This document shows positions 47,829 to 62,834 of a stretch of DNA of 64,000 nucleotides, piece by piece (positions within the stretch are counted from its first letter, which is position 1; the number at the start of each line of letters is the position of its first letter). Location: assembly GCF_009914755.1 (NCBI RefSeq), contig NC_060933.1; one strand, 5' to 3'. Under the pieces are notes generated by a model that was not told where the DNA came from, made no database searches, and saw only the letters and a list, made by a program, of their open reading frames with translations. The position numbers and the translations under genes were made by a program. The DNA is from the human T2T-CHM13v2.0 reference genome, Homo sapiens.

Positions 47829-48346
47829 ACTGTGGAAAGCAGAATTCTACAATGGCACGCTGGTTCCCACCCCTTGGTGTACATGCTCTGCATGAAGTGA
47901 GCAGGACCTGTGAATATAATGGGATAATCACTCCTGTGATTACATTATGTTATATGATTCCATTCCCCTCCTGGCTTTGAAGAAGTGAGCTGCCATGTCA
48001 TGAGAACACCAGGTGGCTAGGACCTGAAGATAGCCTCTAAGGAGCTGAGGATGTCACCCTGCTGACAGCCAGCAAGGAAATGGGTACCTCAGTCCTATAG
48101 CTGCAAGGAATTGAAACCTGCCAACAACCTGAATGAACTTGGCAGAGGACTCTGAGCTTGTGATGAGAACACATCCCCAGCTTGAAATCAAATCGACATA
48201 TTGATTTTAGCACTGTGAGATACTGAGCTGAGAACACAGTTCAGCTGTTCCTGGACTTCAGAACCACAGAACTGAGATGATAAATGAGTGGTGTTTCAAG
48301 TTGCTAAGTTTGTGGTCATTTGCTTACAGTAATTGTAAACTAATAC
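47829..48346 (+). mobile_element. MLT1-type MaLR LTR
   Basis: tgtggaaagcagaattct ... cagccagcaaggaaatgggtacctcagtcc ... aactaataca. Confidence 0.75.
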
Positions 48347-48719
48347 ACAAGTGTAAGTTTGTTTTCTTAAAGAAGAAAAAAACGGGGAAGGAGGTAAGTG
48401 TTAAAGGATCAAAACTCTGACAAAAGGCTGGTTGCAGAACATGACAGGTTGTTGCACTGGAAACTATTTGTCATGCAAGTTTATGTTAAAATAAGTAGCT
48501 TTTGAGGACTTTCATTTTTGGTCTTGTAAACATGCCATTTAATATTGTCCAACTGATAATACTTTTTGCAAACAGAAACTGTTAAAACCTTTAAAGCAAA
48601 TATTACTGTAGAGAAGAAGTAATGTGTTATGAAACTGTGAGGATACTAAGAAGGATCCTACTTAAGTTTCTTCAGCATAAATAAACTTGAGCGTTTCGAC
48701 CACTGTTACTGAGAATGAA

Positions 48720-50960
48720 ATTATTTCTTAATCACTTTTAATGAGGTAAAATTTACATACGATAAAATGCACCAATTTTAAAGTATAGTTTAATGAGCTT
48801 GCACAGATGTAAATATCTGTTTAACTTCTACTTAATCAAGATATAGAATATTTCCACAATGCCAAAATTGCCATTGACCCCCTTCCCCTTCTTTCACCCA
48901 ACTGCAGACCCCAGGTCACCACCAACCTACTCTTGCTCAATATAGATTTAATGTGATGTGTCTTTTCTAGAGTTTTATGTCAATAGAATTGTACACTATG
49001 CACTCTTCCATGCCTGGCTTTCTTTGCTCAGCAGAAGGTGTTTAGATTAATTCAGTAGTTCATTTCTTTCTAGTAATGAATAGGATCACATTATACATTA
49101 TACCACAGAGTGTGCATCCATTACTTTGTTGATTGATATTTGGGTCATTTCCAGGTTTTGGCTATTGTGAATAAAACTGCCTTGACTATTCCTGTACAAG
49201 TCTTTGTATTAAGGAACATACGTTTTATTTTCTCTTGAGGAAGTTCCTAGCAATAAGATTGCTGGGTCATATGGTAGGTATATATTTAGCTTTAAAAGCA
49301 ACTAAGTGCTTTCCAAAGTGACTGTACAATTTAACATTCCTACCTGAAATGTAAGAGAATTCCAGTTGCTCCACATTCTTGTCAACCCTTGGTAGCATCA
49401 GTCTCTTTAAGAATTCTAATGGATATGTAATATGGACTATAGGTTTAATTTGCATTTCTCTGTTGACTAATGATGTTGCACAACTTTTCATATGTCTATC
49501 AACCATTCTTGCATCTTCTTTTATGAAATGTCTGTTCAAATCATTTGTCCACTTTTTATTGTGTCATTTTATTCAGTTGTAAGAGTTCTTTACATATTCT
49601 GGAAACAAGTCCTCTGTCACATATATAGGTACTTTGAAAATCTGTGCTTTGCCTTTACATTTTTTTAATGGTAACTTTTTAAGAGTAGATAGTTTTGGTT
49701 TTGATGAAATTCAACTTATCAGTTTTTCAGTTATAGTATGTATTTTTATGACCCATCTAAGAAGCATCTGTCTACCCAGAGTTGCAAAGATATCCCTTTT
49801 CTTACTAGAAATATTATAGTTTTATTTACCATTGCTTCTATGATACATTTTAAGTTAATTTTTGTGTATTAAATGAATAAAAAGTTGAAGTTCACTTTTC
49901 TCTGTATGGATATTCAGTTCTTCCAGTGTTATTTTTTTAAAAACACTATCCTCTCCCTGTTGAATCACCTTTGTTAGAAATCAAATGACTACATATGTGT
50001 GGGTTTCTTTCTGGGCTCTACATTACATTCCTTTCTATTGACTTTTCATCTATTCTTTCACCAACACCATATGGTCTTGATTACATTGCCTGATAATAAA
50101 TTGAATATAAGTCTCAAAATCAAGTAGTATCAGTCTTCCAAATTTGTTATTATTTTTCAAAGTTGTTTTGGATATTCCTGGTCCTAGGTATTACCATAGA
50201 AATTTTAAGATCAGTTTGTCAATTTACACAAAAATACATTCTGTAGATATCATGATTGTGTTGAATCTTACAGCTCAATCTTGGGAGAACTGATATCTTA
50301 ATAATATTGAATCTGCCCATCAATGAGATTATATCTCTCTGTTTAATTTTCTTTATTTTCTCTCAACAATGTTGAGTAGGTTATGATTTATAGGTCTTTC
50401 ACATATTTTGTTAAATTTATCCCTAAGTATATTCTGATTTTATGCTATTGTAGAAGACATAACACTTTAATTTCAATCTCCAATTGTTACCAGTGTATAA
50501 AAATTCAGTTGATTTTTATAATGATGAACTTGTATTCTGAGGCCTTGCTAAACTCACTTTTTAGTTGTGGTGGCTGTTTTATAGAATTCTTAGAATTTTC
50601 TCCATACACAATTATGTCATCTATGGGGAAGAAAAGATGGTTTTGCTTCTTCATTTTCAATCTGTATGTCTTTTATTTCTTTTTCTTGCTTTGTTGCACT
50701 GATTTGGACTTCTAATACAAGGTAGAATTGCAATAGTAAGAACAGATAGTCTTGCTTTATTCCTAGTCACAGGGGATGGGGAGGAATCATTTAATCTTTT
50801 ACCATTGCGATGGTGACTAGAGGGTCTATTTGTAGATGCCCTTTATTGGGTTTGGAAATTCTCTATTCATACATGGCTGAGAATATTTATCATGAGTGGA
50901 TTTTGTATTTTGTTAGATGCTTCTGGCATCTACTTAAATGATCGTGTTGTTTTTGCTCTT
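48720..50960 (-). mobile_element. Old L1M fragment (ORF2 3' part and 3'UTR)
   Basis: Decayed ORF2 peptide MNRHFIKED...[17 protein letters not shown] (ORF 49267-49539). Confidence 0.8.
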
Positions 50961-50964
50961 TCAT

Positions 50965-51270
<306 letters not shown>

Positions 51271-51945
51271 TCCTTCATTTTGTTAACAGTGGTGGATTAT
51301 ACTGATGGATTTCATTCTAATCCAACCCTCACTTTCCATGTGGCCTCAGGGCTGCTTCACATGGTATCTCCATCTGGTAAGTGGGTGTCTTATTGCCTCA
51401 GGGTTTTAAGGATGAATATTCAATGAGTCTTCTTCTAAAGCTGCAAGACTTCTTATACAATCTAGCCTTGGAAGTCCCAGGACATTAGTTCTGCTACCTT
51501 CTATTGGTGTGGCACCTTCTATTCATCACTAAGGCCAACCCAGACTCAAGGGGAAGGTCATTAGTCTCCACCTCTCGATGCAGGAGGAGGAGTTAAAAAT
51601 TTGAGACCATCTTTAATCTTTTTCTTAAATTATTTTCGACATTTCTGTATGTTTGAAGTAGGATGATGTATTTCCCACATCAGCTCAGTCCACCCTATTG
51701 ACCAGGTATTCTCCTCCCCTACTTTAGTCCTTAACTTAGTATCATTTGCCTGACCTTCCATACAGAGATTAGGCTTCCCTTCTAAGTATCCCACAGGACC
51801 CCAACACCATCCTCATACCTTCTGCCCATGTACCCTGCCCTCCAGCAATACTGTTTCCAAAATATGCACTATTTTTAAGACTCCATACTTCCTGCACGCT
51901 GTTTCCTCTGTCCAGTATCCTTTCCCCACTTTGCCACTTTGCTAC

Positions 51946-52473
51946 TGCATTAGTCAGGGTTCTCTAGAGGGACAGAACTAATAGGACAGATGTATATATG
52001 AAAGGGAGTTTATTAAGGAGTATTGACTCACACGATCACAAGGTGAAGTCCCACAATAGGCCATCTGCAAGCTGAGGAGCAAGGAAGCCAGTCTGAGTCC
52101 CAAAACCTCAAAAGCAGTGAAGCCAACAGTGCAGCCTTCAGTATGTGGCCAAAGGCCCAAGAGCCCCTGGCAAACCACTAGTGTAAGTCCAAGATTCCAA
52201 AAGCTGAAGAACTTGGGGTCTTATGTTTGAAGGTAGGAAGCATCTAGCTTGGGAAATAGATGACTCAGCAAGTCTGCTCATTCCACTTTCTTCTGCCTGC
52301 TTTTATCCCAGCCACACTGGCAGCTGATTAGATGGTGCCCACCCAGATTGAGGGTGGGTCTGCCTCTCCCAGTCCACTGACTCAAATGTTAATCTCCTTT
52401 GGTGATACCCTCACAGACACATACAGGAACAATACTTTGCATCCTTCAATCAAGTTGGCACTCAACCATCACA
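51946..52473. mobile_element. MLT2A-type (HERV-L) solo LTR
   Basis: tgcattagtcagggttctctagagggacagaactaatagga ... ccttcaatcaagttggcactcaaccatcaca. Confidence 0.85.
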
Positions 52474-55452
52474 GCTATGTTATTTACTCTTTTAAGCATC
52501 TTTCATAAAGTAGGTTTCTCAGTTTTAGAGAGGAAAACACTAAGCATCAGGTTGAGTGATATAAGTAAAATCACACAGCTAGTAGAAGTAGGGTTCAAGC
52601 CCAGATCACCCAGTTCAAATTTGTGGCACGTTTCTCTCCATCACGCATGTAGCAGATGCTGTTTTGCTCAGCCCCATCCCCATAAGTCCCCCATGCACTT
52701 CCACAAACCAGCCCCTGCATCACTTCTTGGAGGAGTACCCTCCTGCTGGTAGGGTTTGCTTTACCTGTATATTCAGAGAGCCATAGGTGCCTGGAAATTT
52801 ATATCCCCTCTGGAAGAAGCCCATAAACAATGCATGGTAGAATAAATACCCCAACTCACTTGCCCTCTACACAGAATACCTTTAAGGTTGATCTCCATAA
52901 TCTTCAGCAATGATACTGAGACAAAGTCACCACCCCCACCACCCCACCTTCTACCCCACCCCTCCATGGTGCTTATTGTTAATGTTGCACTACTGCTTAT
53001 CTTTCTTACTTCCCTCAACCTTCCACACTGATATGAATCCTCCTCTTAATGGTAACCCAGTGAAGGCAGTGTACAACCACTTCCTTGGCATGCAATATTT
53101 TCTAGAGATTCATGTCTAAGGGTGCAGTTGAGAAAGAACCCTATGTGATGTGTGGGCTATCTGGAAGCCACTGCAATATCCTGGCACAAGGCCTGCAGAA
53201 ATCAATACCATATTTGCTGTAGTGTACATATAAAGCCACTGTGCATACAATTAAATACTAAAGAGTAAAATATTCCTTCTAGAGCTATCTGACTTACTCT
53301 TCTCTCATGATATGTTGAGTGGCTAAAGGAAAGTAGATTACAATATGCCAATTAGTAGTAATCTTAGTCAAGAGTTAAAACCATTACAAACCAATAATGT
53401 AAACAAGCAAGAAAATACCAATATTTAAAGTTTAGTACTTTTTAACTTTATCATTATTTGGAGGAGGTGGTGTTTGGCATAGAAAAATGCATTATTTGGT
53501 ATGATGCTGAAGCTTCACATACAATTATTTCTTGATTATTTCCGAACTGAAAAATAATGTATACCTCACTTTAATGGTGAAAACTCCTGGGCATATTTAT
53601 GTATATTTTCAATATCTTTGTTGGCAGAAACTCTATTTTCCTGAAAATGTTAGCAGGTAAGGGCAGATATGTCATGAAATACTTTGACACTTCTGTAAGC
53701 TCCTTTTATTTTGCTCAGGTCAGAAGTGATGGTGCAGCCACAGAGATGGAGAATCTTCAATCTAACAACAACAAAAAAGAAGATGAAAACAAAGGATCAC
53801 AGATTATCTGGAGTGGATACAGCTGAGCCTGGATTCTAAGCATGATAAATGCATGAAAAATCTTTCAAATAACCTTGACTATGACTAGTACTTACTGTTT
53901 CTCAAAGGAGAAAGGTAGCATCAAACTTGAGAATTACAAGTCTGTTGTTAGAATTTGTCACCTGTCTGTGTTTAGTGAGGGGATGTTGAGAATACCTAAG
54001 TTAAAAACCAGCCATATTCCAAAGGAAAGGATGTTGGCCCTTTGAGAGATATCAGATGTCAGTATATCCAGCCCATGACCCACTATTGTAGGGCCCATTC
54101 ACTGAAATGGTTTTTATGTTTAAAAAAAATCAAAAGAAACATATTTTAGGACATGTGAAAGTTATATGAAATTCAAATTTCAGTGTCCATAAAGCTTTAC
54201 TGTAACATGGTCTCACTCATTAGCTTTCACGCTGCAAGAAAATGGCTGAGTAGCTGTGACACACATATGGCCTGCAAAGCCTGAAATAGTTCCCCTCTGG
54301 CCCTTTACAGAAAGTTTGTCAACCCTGCACTGTAGGAAAAAGGGAAGGATGAACACATTTCATGTATTCTCATAGCACAAGTTAAATTTATGCATTGCTA
54401 AGGAACCTTCTTATTTTCAAACCAGTCTTTTACCTCCGGCACCTCTAAAATTTTTTAAAACAACATAGTAATCAACCTGTAGGGAAAGAAGTGAAGTCAT
54501 CACAAGGAAATGGTAGAATGCAGGAAGACTGGAAATTATATTAACTTACTTAAAATTTTAAAAATAAGAAAATACCAACTGACCATCATCTGCATAACCT
54601 TATGCAATTTTGTCTTCTTAATATTACAGAAGGATCCTATGATCAATTCTCCTTCAAGAGTATTAATTTTGCCTTTGTGAAGTATTGGTAGGCCTCTTTT
54701 TAGATGGCAGAAAGAATCATGATGTTTATTTTGTTCCCCATGTTGCCTTACCTTCCAGCAAATTCCAACTTACAGTCTGAATTGAGTCTGTATAGACTTC
54801 CATTGTTAAACTGCAGTTCTCAGCTTAACCCCAATTCTATTTATATTCTTTCTGTAATTGGTTTCCAATCAACTTTTTCTTAATATAATTTTGAATTGCT
54901 CAGTTGTATGTGTGTGCGTGTATATGTTTTTACTTATAAAAAGCCTCAAAGTCTTTTTGAAAGTAGACAGGGTTTATACATTATAAATAATTATAAACAA
55001 TTCTTAGGCAGTTATGCTCATTTTAATGTTAGAACTATCAGAATGATAGGCATGTCAACATTTCCTATTTTACTATTTTACAGCTGCTTAGGACACACCT
55101 TTTTCCCAAGCTAATATTCTAACTAAAGACAAATTATGTTCTGAAGACCACAGTAGATTTCTTCCTACGGAAGCCTATGAATTTGATCTCAAAACACTCA
55201 GAAATTTATTTTAGCTCTAGGGGATGTAATAAGTACATTGTTAGGTCATAGATACATTCATAGTCCTCCAAAATAATGGAGAAATATACATTTTCTGTGT
55301 GACATGAAAGTAGTTACCAATGCTATAACATGAAGAGATGTTAAAATATTCATCTATATTTAGAAAAAAAAAAGATTAAAGCTCCTGTTCCCAGAAGTAC
55401 AAAATAAGACAAACTAGATAAGTCAGAAAGAGATCTAAAAAATTCTAAAGCC

Positions 55453-55742
55453 GGCAGGGCACGGTGGCTCACACCTGTAATCCCAGCACTTTGGGAGGAC
55501 AAGGTGGGCAGATCACAAGGTCAGGAGATTGAGACCAGCCTGGCCACCACAGTGAAACCCCGCCTCTACTAAAAATACAAAAATTACCTGGGCGTGGTGG
55601 CACGTGCCTGTAATCCCAGCTACTCTGGAGGCTGAGGCAGGAGAACTGCTTGAACCAGGGAGTCGAAAGTTGCAGTGAGCCGAGATGGCGCCACTGTACT
55701 ACAGCCTGGTGACAGAGCGAGACTGTCTCAGAAAAAAAAAAA
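55453..55742 (+). mobile_element. Alu (AluS-like)
   Basis: Alu dimer; TSD aaaattctaaagcc / aaaatctaaagcc. Confidence 0.92.
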
Positions 55743-57592
55743 AAAATCTAAAGCCACTCCTATTCCTCTGGAAAGCATTATATGATTCAGTATTTAAAAG
55801 ATAAGATATTCAAATAAATCTCTCTTTACCAATACTTTTGAGTCTTAGATTAACAATGAACCAGGACACTAATTTTCACTAATGTAGTAATTAGAAATAC
55901 AGAATCAAGATTCCTAATGATATTACATGAATTCCTTGATTTTGCAAGTCTTTAATATCATAGAAGATATGTGGATAAAGTGAAGGTCTAGTTAAGAAAA
56001 AAAAAAAGGTCACATTTGCCACAAAATGAGGTAGAAGACAGATTCTTTCCCCACCAACATATTTGTTGAGAATGCCATGCCTTTACAGAAGATTTTTAAA
56101 GATAAGGTAGATTTTATTATGTCCTTTCAGCTCTCAATGTTTTCCAGCAATAAACAAATTATTTATTTTTCTAGGTGATATTTACTATTGGCAAACCAAA
56201 TTTTCTCAAATTGTTCTATTATTTTGTTTGCTTTGAAATCTAAAAAGGCCCAGAGTGCCCTATAGAAGTGTTTGCTCAATGGATTCCCCAATTTTATGAA
56301 AAATTCATTACAAAAACCTCAGCTTTTACTCAAAAAGCTTGGATTTCACAGAGCAAAGTAGGACTACTCACATAATTCTTGAAATATGGGACACCTGAAA
56401 TGCTAACTTCAAGTCTGACAAGTCCTGATTTTTTTTCCCATTAGCTTATTATATAATTCTGATAAACAGTATTCCAAAATCAGAAGTCACTCATGACTGA
56501 AAAATTTTTAGTTTTAATTTTTTCCAAATATTTTTCACTTTGGAATTTTTATATGAATTCCAAAGTACAAAGAAACTAATGTATTTTCTGCTATTGGAAA
56601 GGTCATGAAAACTTGGTTTATCTTTAAATGAAATTACCAGAAGCTATTTTCTGGGAAATACTTAATGATTGCTACAATTCTGTGTTAATACAATGGAAAC
56701 AATGAGGGCTTATGAAGAAACACAAGCCAGTACACAGCCAATGTCAGGCTTCCTCTTCACTTTATGATGACAAATAAGACTAAAAGAGACATGAGTGGGC
56801 ATAATCAACATTCTCTTATCATCTACAATTTTTGCAAAGTTTTTCAGCTGCATCCAGGGTGACATTCTTACAGAAACTGAATTTTACACATGCCAAATTA
56901 ATATGACAATAATTAGCCACTGAACAACCCCTGGATAGGAACAAGAGGATGAAAAAGTTATTAGAATCGGTCATTAAATATACTTTTTACGAATAGTTTC
57001 TTGAATTTGACCCTCAAACTTACCTTAGCCCTGACATATCCACAAACTCTCCCCTCCCCTATCAGAGTGAAAATGCAAATTGAACTTCTTAAGTACACAT
57101 TTTGAAGACATTTGATATAATGTCCAGACTGCAAAAAATGAAAACATTGGGGAAAAAAAACAAGCAAAAAAGAGGGAAAGATCTAAAGACACCTGAGTTT
57201 CATTTTGAGATTATTAGAGAAATAATCCAGAGAATTATTACCGTGTTATCATCATCATGTGTATTTAATAACGAGGTGAAAATAATCATTATCTTAACCT
57301 CTAGCACCAGAATTACTCATGGGAGGGAACCATCTGTTTTGGATAATACCATGACACGTTAATTTTGCTCACAAATGAACTAGAAGAGCCTGAATTAACA
57401 TTAACCAGGTAGGAGGGAACAGCAGCCCAGGAAACAAGGGAAGACGGTGGGGAGAAGGAGACATGAGAACTAAGTCCACTCCAGAATTTGTTAAAATCAT
57501 GGACAATTTTGATCCCCTTAAGCAAATGTTTACCTTTATCTCAGAGTCAAAAAGGCTTCTTCTGGGATAAGGGATCTCTGTATAACCTCAAT

Positions 57593-57770
57593 CACTAGTT
57601 CTCAAAGGATAGTTCCTGGGGCAGCAGCATCATCACCACCTGGGAAATTGTTAGAAACTTTGAGGTGTCACCCTCAACCCACTGAATCAGTAACTCGGGT
57701 GTGGCTCACCGTGTGTGTTTAACAAGTCCCCCAGGTGATTCTGATGCAGATAAAACTTGAGAATCACTGA
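57593..57770. mobile_element. MER5A hAT MITE
   Basis: cagcagcatcatcaccacctgggaaattgttagaaa ... ccaggtgattctgatgca ... ttgagaatcactg. Confidence 0.75.
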
Positions 57771-57906
57771 CCTCATACAATGGTTTGCAGCTGTCAAAGT
57801 AAATTAAAATGGAGGCCAGGCCTGAAGAACCCCTGAGCAGACAAAGCCAGTTAGGCTTCATAAGTGACCTCAGCCTGCCTTGATTTGTAAATATAAGCAA
57901 AACTTA

Positions 57907-58278
<372 letters not shown>

Positions 58279-58344
58279 TCAGAAGCTGCCAATTAACTTA
58301 TAGCTATAGTACTAGGAGTTTCCCAGCAGGATAAGGTAACTATA

Positions 58345-59040
58345 TTTGTATTTCTCTAATGATCATTGATATTCAGCTTCTTTTAATATGCTTGTTGGCC
58401 ACATATATGTCTTCTTTTGAGAAATGTCTGTTCATATCCTTTGCCCACTTTTTAATGCAGTTGTTTGTTTTTCTCTTGTAAATTTGATAAGTTCCTTATA
58501 GATGCCAGATATTAGACCTTTGTCAGACGTATAGTTTGCAAATATTTTCTCCCATTCTGTAGGTTTCCTCTGTTGTTTCCTCTGTTGTTAGTTTCTTTTG
58601 CTGTGCAGCTCTTAAGTTTAATTAGATCCTATTTGTCAATTTTTGCTTTTGTCGCGATTGCTTTTGGTGTCTTTGTCATGAAATCTTTGCCCATTCCTAG
58701 GTCCAGAATGGTTTGCCTAGGTTGTCTTTCAGGGTTCCTATAGTTTTAGGTTTTACATTTAAGTCTTTAATCCATCTTGAGTTGATTTTTGTATAGAGTG
58801 TAAGGAAGAGGTCCAGCTTTAATCTTCTGCATATGACTAGCCAGTTAGCCCAGCAAAATTTATTGAATAGGGAGTCTTTTCCCCATTGCTTGTTTTTGTC
58901 AGCTTTGTCAAAGATCATAGATGTGGGGCCTTATTTCTGGGCTCTCTATTCTGTTCCATTGGTCTATGTGCCTGTTTTTGTACCAGTACCATGACGTTTT
59001 GGTCACTGTAGCCTTGTAGTATAGTTTGAAGTCGGGTGAT
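58345..59040 (-). mobile_element. L1P ORF2 fragment
   Basis: ORF 58697-58918, [19 protein letters not shown]...[18 protein letters not shown], homologous to the ORF2 C-terminal region. Confidence 0.9.
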
Positions 59041-59165
59041 ACCACACACTTAACCAGAACTCTAAGAACTCACCCACTATCAAGAAGACAGCACTAAACT
59101 ATTTGTGAGGAATCCGCCTCCATGACCCAAACGCCTCCCACCAGGTCCCACCTCCATCATTGGAG

Positions 59166-59569
59166 ATTACAATTCAATATGAGATTTGGGCATGGACAAA
59201 TAGCTAAACTATGTTAACAGCCTTGCGATATGATGATTAAAAAAATACTCATGTCAGAGAATCATCCTCAAAGATCCCATCAACCTTAACAAATTGTATG
59301 TCTAAACAACAAATTATATGTCTAAACAACAAATTGTATGTCTAAACAACAAATTGTTTAAAATAAGTGTATAGGTAGAAAGTGTATAGGTAGAAATATT
59401 ACAATTCAATATGAGATTTGGGCATGGACAAATAGCTAAACTATGTTAACAGCCTTGCGATATGATGATTAAAAAAATACTCAGAGAATCATCCTCAAAG
59501 ATCCCACCAACCTTAACAAATTATATGTCTAAACAACAAATTGTTTAAAATAAGTGTATAGGTAGAAAT
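59166..59569. repeat. Tandem duplication (232 + 172 bp) with nested short repeats
   Basis: Copy 1 at 59166-59397 and copy 2 at 59398-59569, near-identical apart from three indels. Confidence 0.93.
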
Positions 59570-62500
59570 GTTAAAAATCTCATTAAGCAATATTTTTAAT
59601 TTACCACTGGTTGGATTTCCTAAAAATAATTCGGAATAAACAAAATCCCTATTCAGTACCACATTTGTGCCCTCCAAAAGCATGAATTCCTCTGTCTATC
59701 TAAAACTCTTCTGTTAGGCTAGTTACCAGGTTTCAATGCAAAAATTATGGAACTGTAGGAGGACAGGTGAGAGTGGAGAACAGGAGGAAAGTGATAGAAA
59801 TGAGGGGAAGTAGATTTGTAGCAAACATATTTCCACTTCCCAGACCTGTTACATAAAGGAGACAGTCATGCATCACAGATGGTAAGAATGGAAATGTAAG
59901 AGAGTTCCATACAGATATGGCTGTGCCAACATCAAAGGCAAAGGAACTTTCCTGGTTAAATCCTAAGTATGATGGTCTTTGCCCCACCCCAGGTGATAGA
60001 GCCAGATAGTATATGTGGCCCGCACACACTATCAAAGATGGCCTGGGTTAGATTTTGAACATTTCACATAACATACTAAGGAGGGTACTTCATAAAGCTA
60101 ACAAGAGCATGGAAAACTTCCAAGGACTTTCCCTAAAAGAATTATTCAGGTGTCAGTAACAGAACACATGTATCTAGTAAGAAATCTATGCCTCTCAATG
60201 TTAAAAAAATTATACATACACAAAACATTTCTTTCCCCATCTTTAAAATGGACATTAACTTCTGTTAATAACAGAAAAATTTCATGGTACTATCCATAAG
60301 TACTGAAATTCTGGTATCTCATTAGGTTCCAGTGAGTCATTAGATTGGTGCAATCTAGGAAATAAATCTTCCCTGCAATCATTATGAAAATACAAAATTC
60401 TTCATAATGAGTTTACTTCAACTGAGTAATACTAAGTAGTTTTTGTTTTTTAAAAAATGTTAGTAAGAGAAGGGATAACCACCTTTTCTTAAGTTAGCAA
60501 TATGAGTTTATGTACAATAAATAAAGCATATTCTTTGAAATAAAGGAAAACTCAATAGCATTAGGAAAATACTAATGCCTAACAGAGTGCTCTCTGTGTT
60601 CCAAGCCCCTAAGACCTTTCCTGTATTAGCTCACTTCATGCCCACGATGATCCTCAGGCAGGTGCTATCATCCTCATGTTACTGATGAGGAAACTAAGGC
60701 ACAGAGAGGCTTGATTAACCTATCCAAGGTCACACCGACAATTAAAGAGCTGGGACCTGGACCAGGGACTCTGCCTCCAAAGTCCACATTCCAAAGCAAT
60801 TCTTCTTTTCAAAGTAAATGAAACAGATGATTTGGACTTGTGCAAGCATGAAATCAGTCTTTTTCTGAATATTTTAGTTAGAAAACATATTGTTTCGTAC
60901 AGAAAAATAGTAATCTGCCTCTCATTCTTGATAGTCTGTTAGTAAATGAGTAGACATGACTCTGGTTTTTGTTTTGTTTTGTTTTATAATTGTTCCTGTT
61001 CATTTCTGGCCTGAAAAATAGTATAAAAACCTCGTGATGGCACCACCAGATGGAGACACTGGTTTCTATTGAGCATTTTCATGAACACAAGAATGATGTT
61101 CCACATTTTCTTCCAAGGAAACAAATTCCCTCATCTGAGGAAGACCACATAAGGAAAGGTTTTATATATCTTGTAATACATTTCTCTCAAATGATTCAAC
61201 CACCGTTGGAAGTTCCCATCACTTTTAGAATAGAACATTCTTTTCTTCATAACAGAGTAAATCCTGCTAAACTAGGCCAGCCGGGTTCAGGAGGTACCAT
61301 TGCTCCGAGAGTTTTAGTAAAACAAGGAGATACCAGCATCTCCAAGTACCTGTCATGTATTTACCAACATGATCACCTCTCCATAAATAAGACTCCTGAA
61401 GTACAGGCTTGGGTACAATAAACAGTGCAATGTAACTGGTTTTGAATTCACATTTCAGTCAATTAAATGTTTTATTTAAGACATGGAAGTAAAATATAAA
61501 TGGAAAATACTGAGCAGGCATAAATCAGATAATCCTATAAAAGAGTCCCAGGAGAGCCAACAAAAATGGGGATGTTGCCATAGTTACCAGGAAATGTAGC
61601 CTAGACACCCAGCGTCAGTAAGAGATTGAAAATGTGGCAAAATAAGCTCTTAAGGCTGGGGTCATTCTCTTCTCTGTACTTTAATTAGTATGATCTTGGC
61701 CCTTGGAACCAGGCCAGGACGGAAAAAACGATCCTCGTTCTGCTGGTTGCCAATAATCCGTACTTAGGAAGTTTTCTCTCTGCAACCTCTACTTCACATC
61801 AACGTAATTAGAGAAACAGCCTCCTTCTAAAATGAAGATAATTTCCTAATTAGAGAATGAACCTGACCTATCTATCACTCATGGAAGCCCACTACCATTG
61901 GTATCCCAGGGAGAATGATGGTTCTAGCTGAATAACAACGCTTGATTAGCCCTACATCACCCATGGGAGCTCCTTTTATCTCAGCAGATGAAATCAGTAG
62001 TACAAATCTAACTGGTTTTATCGTTTGCACCAGCACACCCTATACCACTTTTTTCTTCATTATATTTCAGTCAGATTTAAAAGTGAAATTCAAACATTTG
62101 TAGGAGACTGATCAAAGGGCTTACAACAACAATTTTTTATCCAGATAGTCCAACATGCAAGACAAAAAGGAACAAAGGCAGAAAGAAAGAGAGAGAAACA
62201 GAAAGGCAAACTTCAAACTGTAACAGGGTTTAAACACAGACAACAAGTTAGGCCTAAATTAAAATAAGACTTCAAGGCTACAATGGAGTAAATATATTAT
62301 GTCTCCCTTTCTATTTGTTTTGACAGTTTTTCTCATATAAAAGTTTATTGGACTCTGACAAGTTTACTTTCTCTACCAACTGTTACATAAATTATGAAGG
62401 AGGTAACGGATGGAACTATTATTAGAAAGAGGGATGACACTGGTGAAGTAGAAAACAAAGGTAGAAGGTTGTCAGTCTGATAAATCTAATATAAGATCAT

Positions 62501-62795
62501 GCGCCCAGTGATCTGTAAGTATAGAGACACATATCTGTAGCAAACATACCTGTAGTAAACGAGCAAAAAATACATGGGTAGTTCGAATTCATACCTATCC
62601 AATATGGCCCTATTTTTTCCATTCAGATCCATTTCTGCATCCTCTATCTAATATATATGTAGTACCACAGCTAGGAACCAGGAACAATTGTTATATTTTT
62701 TCTAGAACGTCAGTTGGTTACACATTACAATTCTGCCCCAGAGCAGATGAATTCCATAAAGGGGTTTGTCTGTGACTCTCCCAAATTGGTAAATG

Positions 62796-62834
62796 GTCTA
62801 TGGCCATACTACCATGAACACACCTGATCTCATC
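62796..62834 (+). pseudogene. 5S rRNA 5'-fragment retropseudogene (tailless)
   Basis: gtctatggccatactaccatgaacacacctgatctcatc matches 5S nt 1-39 (GTCTACGGCCATACCACCCTGAACGCGCCCGATCTCGTC), mostly through CpG-decay changes; flanked by 15-bp direct repeats. Confidence 0.85.

Noticed and set aside
59286-59356. 20-bp direct repeats resembling a CRISPR-like array
   Set aside because: Head-to-tail repeats without unique spacers, in human DNA; a slippage product.
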